Assembly: GCA_965225085.1 (NCBI GenBank)
Contig: CBDDBE010000004.1
Location: forward strand, 24,897 to 88,896
Length of the DNA: 64,000 nucleotides
From: an uncultured Candidatus Saccharibacteria bacterium
GTDB lineage: Bacteria > Patescibacteriota > Saccharimonadia > Saccharimonadales > EFPC-124
Direction: 5' to 3'
Positions 36,432 through 44,662 of this stretch are shown here, one piece after another. The stretch's first letter is position 1; each line of letters starts with the position of its first letter. The notes beneath the pieces were generated by a model, which was given only the letters and a program-made list of their open reading frames with translations, searched no databases and was not told where the DNA came from. The translations under genes were made by a program, and so were the position numbers.

Positions 36432-37718
36432 ATTCGTACGGACGGTACGTTGAGCTCATATTATCAAAAACCAAGTAGCGGCATCCCAAAAAGCGATCTA
36501 GCTTCCGCCGTTCAAACGAGCCTCAACACAGCCTCTGCTGTGTATGATGTCAAGGCGTATGGTGCAACAGGTGATGGCTCGACGAATGATACGTCGGCTA
36601 TTCAGTCGGCTATCAACGCGGCAGCGGGCGGTGGCGTCGTGCTATTCCCTACCGGCACCTACCTTATTACTTCTACGCTAACTGTTAACCATGACAGCAT
36701 TGTGCTGACAGGCTCTGGTGCGTCGTCAATCATCAAGGTCGCCGGATCGGCGCTTGGCATCGATGTGATCGTCATTGGTGATGGTGCAGCCACGCGGGCG
36801 CATTGTGGCGTACGGAACTTGCGCATTGTGGCAGCCAGCCAAAAGACAGCAGGGGTTGGCGTTCACCTCAACAGGTGTTTCAAGATTTGGCTCCAGAACA
36901 TCCAGATAGAAAACCAATTTCGTGCGCTTCAGTTCACCAACACGACCGAAGTGTGGCTGAACAGCTCGGATGTGCGTGACACGACCGAACACGGGCTACT
37001 GATAGATAACGACCCCCTAAGCGGTTACGATTGGTATATTAATGACTGTGTTTTCGATAATCCGAATGTCACGAACACAGGCAGCGGCATCCATTGGGAT
37101 GGCGGCGAGACGTTGGTGGTGAACGGCCTTGATTTGTTACGTTTTACGACTGGGCTCTACATCAATCCGAGCGCTGGCCGTGAATCGCGATTCGCCTTCC
37201 TGAACAACATGATTATGGACACCAGCAGAGATAACAACGTCCACATTTCTAACACCGGATCGGGCAATACTGTCGGCCTGACATTTACGAATTGTTGGTC
37301 GGGCACGGCTGCCAACTATGGCGTACTGATTGATCGTCCGGGCGGCGGCCTAGTGCAGGGTGTGCGATGGGTTGGCGGCAAAGTGTTCCACAACGGATTG
37401 GCAGGCTTTCGGTTGGCTGGCGGGCAGGACGTGCACATATCGGACTGCGACATTATCGCCAATTCACAGACTGTTTCGGCTGCTCGGCATGGCGTAGAGG
37501 TTGGCGGCGGCGTTGGCGAGTTTTCGGTCCAGAACTGTCGGATAGGCGGCGGGTTCGAGCAGGGCGACACGCAGGGCTTTGCCATCCATATCGATGCTGG
37601 CGCGTCCGATCACTATATCATCACCGGCAATGACTGCCATGGCAACAACAACTCACCCAAGATCGACGATAACGGCACGGGCACCAATAAAATCGTCTCG
37701 AGCAACCTTCAGGCATAG
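36333..37718 (+). CDS. beta-helix (pectate-lyase-superfamily/tailspike-like) protein, family copy 2
   Basis: Carries the conserved N-module. YDVKAYGATGDGSTNDTSAIQSAINAAAGGGVVLFPTGTYLI (Pectate_lyase_3-like) is followed by parallel beta-helix repeats. No signal peptide. Confidence 0.75.
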   Translation: MSRLPQPGSDNGVWGDVLNDFLLQEHTSAGALKIRTDGTLSSYYQKPSSGIPKSDLASAVQTSLNTASAVYDVKAYGATGDGSTNDTSAIQSAINAAAGGGVVLFPTGTYLITSTLTVNHDSIVLTGSGASSIIKVAGSALGIDVIVIGDGAATRAHCGVRNLRIVAASQKTAGVGVHLNRCFKIWLQNIQIENQFRALQFTNTTEVWLNSSDVRDTTEHGLLIDNDPLSGYDWYINDCVFDNPNVTNTGSGIHWDGGETLVVNGLDLLRFTTGLYINPSAGRESRFAFLNNMIMDTSRDNNVHISNTGSGNTVGLTFTNCWSGTAANYGVLIDRPGGGLVQGVRWVGGKVFHNGLAGFRLAGGQDVHISDCDIIANSQTVSAARHGVEVGGGVGEFSVQNCRIGGGFEQGDTQGFAIHIDAGASDHYIITGNDCHGNNNSPKIDDNGTGTNKIVSSNLQA

Positions 37719-37815
37719 ATTTGTCGTGTTGTGTAGGGTCGCGCTTGATTGTTTAGCAATACTATTTTATGATTGATCTGTTTTGTTCGATTCACCTTAA
37801 CATCTGGAGGCCTAC

Positions 37816-39525
37816 GTGGATTGGCGGAAACGATTGTCCGGCCAAGGTGCTCGTCGCGCTGGCAGGTCAAAGTTCAGATGGACTCCATTCCGTGGCCGGC
37901 CTACGCAGGGGTTTCTACCGAGACAACCGGATCATTCTGCAACAGGAGTGATGCAACGGCTTACCCCTGAGGAGCTGGACTTTTTTGATCGCGGAGGCAT
38001 GGAGGTTCCGCGCCGCAAGAAGCGCGTGGTTAGCCGTACGTTCATCGCGATTCTTAGCCGCTGGCGATACTTGCTTTCGACGTCGGTAGCCCTGATGCTG
38101 GTGGCGTCTCTGTTTGGTGTTGGGCTGACCGCGGTGCGTGACGCTTCCAACAACACTACACGACCACCGACGCAAAGCGCTCCGACGCTCCTTGAGCTTA
38201 ATCGCTCGATCGAGCTAGGTCAGGCTTACATCGCGGCACTGTACAAGCCCCTCCCTGGTGGCGAGGCCGTACAGAGCGAAGCGTCTGGTGTTCCCCTCCG
38301 AGTGTACTTCCCAGGCCAGAGGGCTTGGGTGCTGCTGGGAGAGGACAGGCGCTGCGCCTCGCGCTGCGACACGACGACGAGCATCGACAACACGCACGAA
38401 AGCGCAACGAGTGACGATTATGTCGTTACGTTCAACGCGCCAAACGCGCCCGATGCCCTGAAGGTGCGCGTCCAGATCAACTGGACGTTCAGTAAGACGC
38501 AGTATCAGATTCTGCTCACGCCAGTCGGTGTCAAGTTGCCAGCCGAACTGTGGCTGGACACGACCAAGCTGGAGAGCTACGCGCCCGGGGCGAACCCGGT
38601 CACGAAGCACGTGTTCGAGGACGGCAACCTGTCACAGCTGAAAATGCTGCGATTCACCACCCGGCATGCCACCCAAGAGGCCTATCTGTACTGGAGCACG
38701 GTCGGGCATGACCCGGCCAGGGCTGCAGCGCTGAAGAAGTTCCTTGAGGCGGATGGCTACGTCGCTGGGTACGACCTGCGCGCGCCGCTGTTTGGCGCCA
38801 ACGCTAGTCTACCTGACGATCTGCCGGTCAACCCGAAGGCTTACGCAGACTGCGACCACATCGCCACCGGCGGTCCGGACTGGTACGCCTATCGGAGCCG
38901 GGTCTGCCTGTACGAGAGCATGTACCTCACGAGCGGCGACCGTGATCCGTTCTTGCAGGCGTACGATGCTCTGACGATCCTGGTGAAGTATAAGGATCCG
39001 AAGCATGCTCTGCCTGAGTGGAGCTGGTGGGTGCAGGGCGGAACGCCGGCGGATGTCTTCACACACTTGCGTGGCCAGTGGAACCGCACTGGCCAGGGCG
39101 TACCAAAGTGTACACCATTCAAGTGTGAAGAGCTCAGTAGCATCCGGACCTCGGCGTATGGCGCACTGGCTACGCAGTTGGGATATGGCTATCATGACCC
39201 CGGCGCGCAAGCATCTGCTGACGCCGCCGCCAAGGTTATCATCCAGACGCAGATTCCTGCGAATGGCGCCATCCCCATGGGGGACGGCACGACGTATATT
39301 CGGCCTGGGCAGGCTGGCGGGTTCATGACCGCCTGGACTTCCAGCCTTAGGTTCACACAACCCAGCACGCCGAAGTTCCCGCTGGGGGTGGCCTTGTGGC
39401 TGAAGGACGGCACACTCATGCCGCCCGAGTACCGGGGCGTCGTTGCTAGCAATAGCGAAACGTCCCTGGATGCCCTCGGCTTCCTGATGATGTATAGGTG
39501 TCAGAAGTATCATCAGGGGTGCTAG
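37816..39525 (+). CDS. hypothetical N-terminally membrane-anchored protein with large Cys-containing exterior domain
   Basis: GTG at 37816 with GGAGG (37806-10), or ATG at 37951 with AGGAG. One TM segment (LLSTSVALMLVASLFGVGLTAV). GC-rich with no recognisable domain. The C-terminal part may be alpha/alpha-toroid-like, but this is a guess. Confidence 0.55.
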   Translation: MDWRKRLSGQGARRAGRSKFRWTPFRGRPTQGFLPRQPDHSATGVMQRLTPEELDFFDRGGMEVPRRKKRVVSRTFIAILSRWRYLLSTSVALMLVASLFGVGLTAVRDASNNTTRPPTQSAPTLLELNRSIELGQAYIAALYKPLPGGEAVQSEASGVPLRVYFPGQRAWVLLGEDRRCASRCDTTTSIDNTHESATSDDYVVTFNAPNAPDALKVRVQINWTFSKTQYQILLTPVGVKLPAELWLDTTKLESYAPGANPVTKHVFEDGNLSQLKMLRFTTRHATQEAYLYWSTVGHDPARAAALKKFLEADGYVAGYDLRAPLFGANASLPDDLPVNPKAYADCDHIATGGPDWYAYRSRVCLYESMYLTSGDRDPFLQAYDALTILVKYKDPKHALPEWSWWVQGGTPADVFTHLRGQWNRTGQGVPKCTPFKCEELSSIRTSAYGALATQLGYGYHDPGAQASADAAAKVIIQTQIPANGAIPMGDGTTYIRPGQAGGFMTAWTSSLRFTQPSTPKFPLGVALWLKDGTLMPPEYRGVVASNSETSLDALGFLMMYRCQKYHQGC

Positions 39526-39673
39526 ATCAAGACAGCTGCACGCGGCGGCAGGCTATGGGAAACCTAGCGCCTGCCGCCCGTGTGGAAGATAGAAATTATT
39601 TGCTTAAATCATGAGTGGGTTGTATGATTTGTATGCTCAAGGTGTTTCTGATCTTCACGAGAGGAGGCCGCCT

Positions 39674-39913
39674 ATGGCAGAAGATGATTGGCGCCACCAC
39701 GCGGCGTGCCGTGGCGTGGACCCTGAGTTGTTCTTTCCCATAGGCAACACCGGTCCGTCGGCTCTCCAGATCGAGGATGCTAAGGCTGTATGTCGCCGGT
39801 GCGACGTCGTCGATCAGTGTCTCGAATGGGCCGTCGACAACGGAATACCTTATGGTGTGTGGGGCGGTATGAGCGAGGACGAACGCCGCGCGCTCAGAGG
39901 AAAGGCTGCCTAG
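39674..39913 (+). CDS. WhiB family transcriptional regulator (WhiB1/WblE-like)
   Basis: GAGGAGG RBS 6 nt upstream. Four Cys in the C-x27-C-x2-C-x5-C arrangement (AACRGVDPELFFP...VCRRCDVVDQC), a GVWGG turn and a basic tail. Strongly resembles mycobacterial WhiB1 from memory. Confidence 0.85.
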   Translation: MAEDDWRHHAACRGVDPELFFPIGNTGPSALQIEDAKAVCRRCDVVDQCLEWAVDNGIPYGVWGGMSEDERRALRGKAA

Positions 39914-39937
39914 CTTGACTGCCATGTACTGAGCTGA

Positions 39938-39981
39938 GCCTTTCCGGTTGCCGCATATCTTGCGGCCCGGAAGGGCTTTTT
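39938..39981 (+). terminator. rho-independent terminator
   Basis: Long hairpin spanning 39938-39976 (GCCTTTCCGG...CCGGAAGGGC) followed by TTTTT. Confidence 0.7.
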
Positions 39982-40103
39982 ACATAATGTGGCAAGCTAA
40001 GACTAGGTATGATAAGGGCCCCGTAGTCGATTTGGCTGCGGGGCCCAGAGTGGTTCATTCGAGGGTGTGTCCCAAATTTTGGACTGGATTTGCGTAGTAG
40101 TGC

Positions 40104-40397
40104 TCACCCGCCATGCTCCTTCTCGTAGCGCTCCTTCGCTGATTCCAGGAGTTGGCGCCAGCTTTTGACGTGAGCCCTTCGTCGAAGCAATGCTCGGCGC
40201 TCACGTTCGGTCATGCCACCCCACACGCCGTATTCCACCCGGTTGTCCAACGCGTCGGCCAAGCATTCCGTCCGCACGGGGCAGCCGTTACAGACAGTTT
40301 TGGCCCTGTTCTGTGCTGCGCCCTTCACGAACAGCTCGTCGGGGTCCTTGCCACGACATGCCGCCACGACGGTCCAGTCTTCAACCCATCCCATCAT
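40104..40397 (-). CDS. WhiB family transcriptional regulator (WhiB4/WblA-like)
   Basis: AACRGKDPDELFVKGAAQ...VCNGCPVRTEC...YGVWGGMTERERRALL. Carries the Cys4 pattern and GVWGG turn. The C-terminal KSWRQLLE resembles WhiB4 from memory. Confidence 0.85.
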   Translation of the reverse strand: MMGWVEDWTVVAACRGKDPDELFVKGAAQNRAKTVCNGCPVRTECLADALDNRVEYGVWGGMTERERRALLRRRAHVKSWRQLLESAKERYEKEHGG

Positions 40398-40539
40398 CCT
40401 CTCCCAACTCCGTGGGCTTTGCTCGTAAGGCTCAGTTTGACCTTGCGTGGATTACACTATGGCATGCCTTGTGTACTTTTGCAATTCACACAGGCCAAAC
40501 ACTAGAATCACGTTCTTGCTTATGATAGGCTGCCTATAT

Positions 40540-40638
40540 ATGGCGCGATTACCAACCGTCAACGGCGATAATAACGTATGGGGTAGCATTCTCAACGATT
40601 TTTTGTCGATCGAGCATAATGCTGACGGTACGCTCAAG
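40540..40638 (+). repeat. conserved 33-aa N-terminal module, copy 3
   Basis: MARLPTVNGDNNVWGSILNDFLSIEHNADGTLK. Confidence 0.85.
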
Positions 40639-42300
40639 AAGTCGGGACTTATTACCGGGGCCGAGCAAGCAGCTAATAAGGGCCTTGCCAATGGCTATGC
40701 GCCCTTAGACGGCGCGGGTAGAGTGCCGAGTTCGTATTTGGGGCTGGGAAGCGCAGCAGCAGCCAATATCGATTCAACCAGTAGCGACATTCAACCAGTT
40801 GCGCTTACGGCCACAGCTGGCTCAACTGGTAAGGTGTCTGATGCTGGGCATGTGCATGTTGGCGTGGCGATAGATAGCCTGATGATAAATGTGAAGGATC
40901 ATGGGGCGACTGGTAACGGCACAACGGATGATGCGAGCGCCCTGCAAGCCATCATCAATAGCAGCCCGAGCGGCGCAATTATATTTTTCCCACCGGGCAC
41001 GTACCTTATTGGTTCAACACTTCAGCTCAAAGCGACACGTTCGTACGTCGGTGCGGGCCGTGGTAGTATCATCAAACAAAAAGCCAGCACCACGATGAAT
41101 TTTATGATAGATATCCTGTCGAGCGAGACAATTCCGCGTACTGATATCCTCATCGAGAACCTCTACCTTGATGGCAATCGTACTAACAATACAGTCTATA
41201 CTGGCGGGTCGGGTTTTACTCAGAACAACGGCATCAGGCTATACAACTGTAACGACTGTACGCTGCGCAATGTAACGGTGCGGCATACTGGTCGTGATGG
41301 CATTGTGTTCGACGGCGCGGGTGGCGATTACAACCATACCACCGCCACGTGCCATCTCTACGACGTATGGTTGTACGACAATGCTCGATATGGCATCAGC
41401 ATGGAAGCCAATAGCTCAGACAATCATATATACGATTCGGACCTTGGTTTCAACGATTATGGCGCCGTCAACCTGATAAGTGGCTCAAACTCCGTGAACG
41501 GCTCGGCGTTGTGGGGAACGAAGTTGAGCTACGGCGTGCAGATTGGTGCTTCGGCCAACTTGATTCGAAATTGTCAGATCGAGGGCAATGCGCAATATGG
41601 CGTGTTTATCACCGAGTTCGGCAACCATACGCAAATCATCGGCAACAAAATATACGATAACGGCGACTCGGCGCGTAGCTATGACGGCGTGTACGTGCAA
41701 GGGTCTGTAGCCAATCCGGTTGTTGGTACGACGGTACTAGCGAATAGCTTTTTCTCGGAGCTACTATTTGGTGGACCCGGGCCAGGCAATCTGCCGCGAC
41801 ACGCTGTAACGTTCGACACTCATACCAGCGGCTCGATTGTTATAGGCAATCAGCATTATCAGCTCGATTCCGATGGCTCCATTACCAGTACCGTATTGCC
41901 AATCTTCGGTCTCAAAGCAGGTGACGTGTTCGAGGGCCGCCGCTGGGTAACTTCCGGCGCGCTGCCAAGCAACGGTATACCAGGCGAGCAAATCTATCTC
42001 ACAGACACGGGTAATACGGCTACGTGGTCGACTTACCGCTCCCAATGGGAGACTGTCGTTACGTCGACATATGGTGCAGCTGGCGGCACATACAGTGTTA
42101 GTAGCGGCGCTACGTCACTAGCGGTGGTCTTTGGTCATAATCGTTTTGATACATCCTATACGCCTATCATTGCTCCGTCCTGGAACACCACCTTTTGGAT
42201 TAGCGCCAAAGCGTCTACTGGCTTTACCGTTAATTTTGGCACCGCGCCTGGTTCAACTCAGTCACTCGATTGGGGAATAGTCCGGCAGTATGGCTCGTAG
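40540..42300 (+). CDS. beta-helix (pectate-lyase-superfamily/tailspike-like) protein, family copy 3
   Basis: ATG at 40540 (MARLPTV) preferred over the listed 40447. INVKDHGATGNGTTDDASALQAIINSSPSGAIIFFPPGTYLI is followed by beta-helix repeats and a distinct C-terminal beta domain. Confidence 0.75.
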   Translation: MARLPTVNGDNNVWGSILNDFLSIEHNADGTLKKSGLITGAEQAANKGLANGYAPLDGAGRVPSSYLGLGSAAAANIDSTSSDIQPVALTATAGSTGKVSDAGHVHVGVAIDSLMINVKDHGATGNGTTDDASALQAIINSSPSGAIIFFPPGTYLIGSTLQLKATRSYVGAGRGSIIKQKASTTMNFMIDILSSETIPRTDILIENLYLDGNRTNNTVYTGGSGFTQNNGIRLYNCNDCTLRNVTVRHTGRDGIVFDGAGGDYNHTTATCHLYDVWLYDNARYGISMEANSSDNHIYDSDLGFNDYGAVNLISGSNSVNGSALWGTKLSYGVQIGASANLIRNCQIEGNAQYGVFITEFGNHTQIIGNKIYDNGDSARSYDGVYVQGSVANPVVGTTVLANSFFSELLFGGPGPGNLPRHAVTFDTHTSGSIVIGNQHYQLDSDGSITSTVLPIFGLKAGDVFEGRRWVTSGALPSNGIPGEQIYLTDTGNTATWSTYRSQWETVVTSTYGAAGGTYSVSSGATSLAVVFGHNRFDTSYTPIIAPSWNTTFWISAKASTGFTVNFGTAPGSTQSLDWGIVRQYGS

Positions 42301-42391
42301 ACCTCGCGCAAGTTGTTTGGCATACTCGTGCTAAACGAGGTATAGTATCTGTACCGGAGTACCTTACCTCGAGAGTTTCGGAGTTCGACAA

Positions 42392-42619
42392 ATGAGTGGT
42401 GTGCGACTGCTGGTTGAAGGCACTGACGTCACGTACGAGGACTTGCTCGAGATGCTCAGGCCCGGTGAGACTCTCGTAGCTGCGTGGCAAGTCCCGGGCG
42501 CTGAGTCCCCGGCAAATCGTCGAGTCGTCGCTGGTAAGGGCATATTCGCGCTCATCCGAGGGAAGGCCGCGAGCGGCGTCTATCGGGAGCTGAGCTTCTT
42601 CGCCAGCGGCGAAGAATAA
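42392..42619 (+). CDS. hypothetical small protein (75 aa)
   Basis: GC-rich ORF between family copy 3 and a strong same-strand terminator. No recognisable domain. Confidence 0.35.
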   Translation: MSGVRLLVEGTDVTYEDLLEMLRPGETLVAAWQVPGAESPANRRVVAGKGIFALIRGKAASGVYRELSFFASGEE

Positions 42620-42650
42620 TTGCCTCGGGATAGCCCGACAGTGCAGTACC

Positions 42651-42695
42651 GACCCTATGCCGCATACGTTCGTGCGGCGTAGGGTCATTTAATTT
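42651..42695 (+). terminator. rho-independent terminator
   Basis: 14-bp stem GACCCTATGCCGCA/TGCGGCGTAGGGTC (42651-42686) followed by a T-rich ATTTAATTT. Confidence 0.6.
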
Positions 42696-42767
42696 GGACA
42701 GCATCAACGTTGCCCTACGCCGAATGACCGTATACTATGGGAATCAGTATCAAAAACAAAAGGCAAC

Positions 42768-43601
42768 ATGTCAGAGATGCCAGATATACATACTATCGCT
42801 GCTTCCACGGCTAAGTCGGGCCGCTCAAGGAAACCTCATGGTCGCTATGCTGCATTGTTGGTTGGCGTAGTGAGTTTTGTGTCGAATGTGACGGCTATAA
42901 CAGGGCTGATCCTTAGCCATGCCGATATTATTGTGATTACGGCAGCTGTCCTGGCAACCCTCAGTGGACTGTACTTACTCCTGAAGCGGTGGGGTAAGCC
43001 GACGGATTGGGCAACACTGCTTGCCGTCGGTATTATCGTGGCTGGTAGCGTTATGTTGGCACTCAGCCTCAAGGCGTACAATGACAATACTCCGACGTCA
43101 ACTCCGGCTGGTCAAAACTCCTCGCCAAGTAGCCCTGGCGTTAGTAGCACGGGTGGCGGGGGTACGCCGGTCAAGAAAAACAGCACCCATACAGTGGTTT
43201 TCGAAAAGAATTTTAAGCTAACCAATAACGACGGTCTGGAGCTGGATGACGAGCAAGGCACAATCCTGTTACAGCAAAGTTCGCCCCAGCCACCAAGTGA
43301 TCTGTACTTCAGCAGCTTCCCCTATCTGGCTGTCAGCAAGCAGAAGTTTTATCAGTATCAGGCCCCCTTGCAGTCAACGGGCGATCAGGACAAAGACCAA
43401 TACAATGCCTGCACCGACCTCATTGCAAATAGCCAGCTGGGCTCGAGCACCCTTAGCCAATCTCAAGTTTCACCGGGCAAGCAGTATTGCATCACGACTA
43501 CGCAGGGGCGAGTTGCGCTTATTACGCTACAAGAGATGATCGACAGTGGGTATGGTTCAGGCAAAAACGATATGACATTTGCAGTCAAGCTTTGGAATTA
43601 A
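42768..43601 (+). CDS. hypothetical membrane protein with exterior C-terminal domain
   Basis: Three hydrophobic segments, a Ser/Pro/Thr/Gly linker, and a beta-rich C-terminal domain. Its stop overlaps the stop of the convergent gene (TTAA). Confidence 0.5.
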   Translation: MSEMPDIHTIAASTAKSGRSRKPHGRYAALLVGVVSFVSNVTAITGLILSHADIIVITAAVLATLSGLYLLLKRWGKPTDWATLLAVGIIVAGSVMLALSLKAYNDNTPTSTPAGQNSSPSSPGVSSTGGGGTPVKKNSTHTVVFEKNFKLTNNDGLELDDEQGTILLQQSSPQPPSDLYFSSFPYLAVSKQKFYQYQAPLQSTGDQDKDQYNACTDLIANSQLGSSTLSQSQVSPGKQYCITTTQGRVALITLQEMIDSGYGSGKNDMTFAVKLWN

Positions 43602-44290
43602 GCCGCTATGTAGGAGGCTTGCCGGGCCCGAATCAGTACCGGGTACACGTTGCCAATGGCGGGCCCCCAGGGCACCATATTGTGCGCAATGAGTGATTCG
43701 CCTGTCGCCGTCAAATCCACGACGGCGTCGATAGGTTTGTCGCCATAATCGAGATAGGGGTATAGCTCGGTGCCGCCGGCTGTTGTGACAATCTCGACAT
43801 CTGGCCGGCCGATACTTTCGAAATATCTTGATGTGATAGTGGGATACTGCGTTGCGATTCGCTCAATGTCTTGCAGCCGATTCAGTTTGCTGCCAGACGG
43901 CGTTGCCAGCACGAGAGACCAGGCGTGGCGACCACGATATGAAGCGACTATGTCGACTTTTCCCTCGGCGTTGTCTTCGATCACTCGATCGGTGCCGACT
44001 ACCGCCATGTCGACAGCTCCTTCTATCACGAGTTTGCAGATGCTTTTGTTGCGTGCATATAGGAAGCCTGTTTTGCCATCGTCCGAAACGCGCACGGCTA
44101 CTTTCCCTTCGGGCGATGGAGGCGCACAGATGCCCAGTGCGTCCAACAGAATAGCGCGGGCTATGTCAGTTAGCGCGCCGTCTTTTTGGATTGCTATTTT
44201 GGTTGATGTGGCTCGAAAGCGTTCGAGCAGTTTTGCAGCTTCTGTCGCCCTCTTGGGCGAGAGCCGAGGTTCGGTGTTGGGATACAGCAT
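43598..44290 (-). CDS. hisG: ATP phosphoribosyltransferase-like protein (short HisG form with ~30-aa N-terminal extension)
   Basis: KIAIQKDG, GAVDMAVVGTDRVIE, IATQYP..T..YF and DAVVDLTATGESLIAHNM align by eye with short-form HisG motifs. AAGGAGG RBS upstream. Confidence 0.65.
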   Translation of the reverse strand: MLYPNTEPRLSPKRATEAAKLLERFRATSTKIAIQKDGALTDIARAILLDALGICAPPSPEGKVAVRVSDDGKTGFLYARNKSICKLVIEGAVDMAVVGTDRVIEDNAEGKVDIVASYRGRHAWSLVLATPSGSKLNRLQDIERIATQYPTITSRYFESIGRPDVEIVTTAGGTELYPYLDYGDKPIDAVVDLTATGESLIAHNMVPWGPAIGNVYPVLIRARQASYIAA

Positions 44291-44522
44291 ATGTGCCTCC
44301 TTAGATAATAAATTAATAGATTTATTCGTCTAAGGAACGAGAGGCCAATCAAAAAAGGACCTCCCGCGGTCCCATCCTTATTCCTAAGAAATATTACTAT
44401 CTCTAGGCACTCGGCACCGGCTCCACGGACTACGCGACATCGGCTGCTATATTTTACGGTTTAGCTTCCGTAGTGCATTTGACACTCAGCTCGCCCCATC
44501 GTGACTGGGACTCAGATGCTTT
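44291..44522 (-). promoter_or_regulatory. T-box leader candidate (tRNA-His-type) upstream of the hisG-like gene
   Basis: The minus strand reads AAUAAGGAUGGGACCGCG (core 44377-44365). This matches the remembered T-box consensus AAUNNGGGUGGNACCGCG at 14 of 15 specified positions. The UGGG bulge fits a C73 discriminator (tRNA-His). A GGACC/GGUCC helix plus U6 (44372-44351) follows. A CCCA-GUCACGA-UGGG hairpin carries a CAC codon. Confidence 0.55.
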
Positions 44523-44528
44523 ACTTGT

Positions 44529-44557
44529 ATCTTAGGCAGCACAGACGGAGCTGTCAA
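44529..44557 (-). promoter_or_regulatory. candidate promoter of the hisG-like leader
   Basis: Minus strand reads TTGACA (44557-52), a 17-nt spacer, then TAAGAT (44534-29). Confidence 0.45.
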
Positions 44558-44593
44558 TCGTTTTTGCTTTGTCCAAGAATAATTTTGGTAGGC

Positions 44594-44629
44594 CTCGGGG
44601 AGGGCAATGTTTGACATGCCCTCCCCGAG
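44594..44629 (-). terminator. GC-rich 13-bp hairpin downstream of hisS (no clear U-tract)
   Basis: CTCGGGGAGGGCA (44594-606) pairs with TGCCCTCCCCGAG (44617-29). Lies 34 nt after the hisS stop. Confidence 0.5.
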
Positions 44630-44662
44630 TACGCAGTTTGTGAGGTTGCTACGGGCAACTCC

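Noticed and set aside
38809-39513. A 234-aa minus-strand ORF, and other long ORFs antisense to annotated genes. Examples are 3000-3554, 23444-24079, 43770-44333, 50425-50928, 25898-26404 and 62411-62980.
   Set aside because: All lie fully inside better-supported genes on the other strand and have low-complexity Arg/Ser/Pro/Ala-rich translations. I regard them as shadow ORFs.
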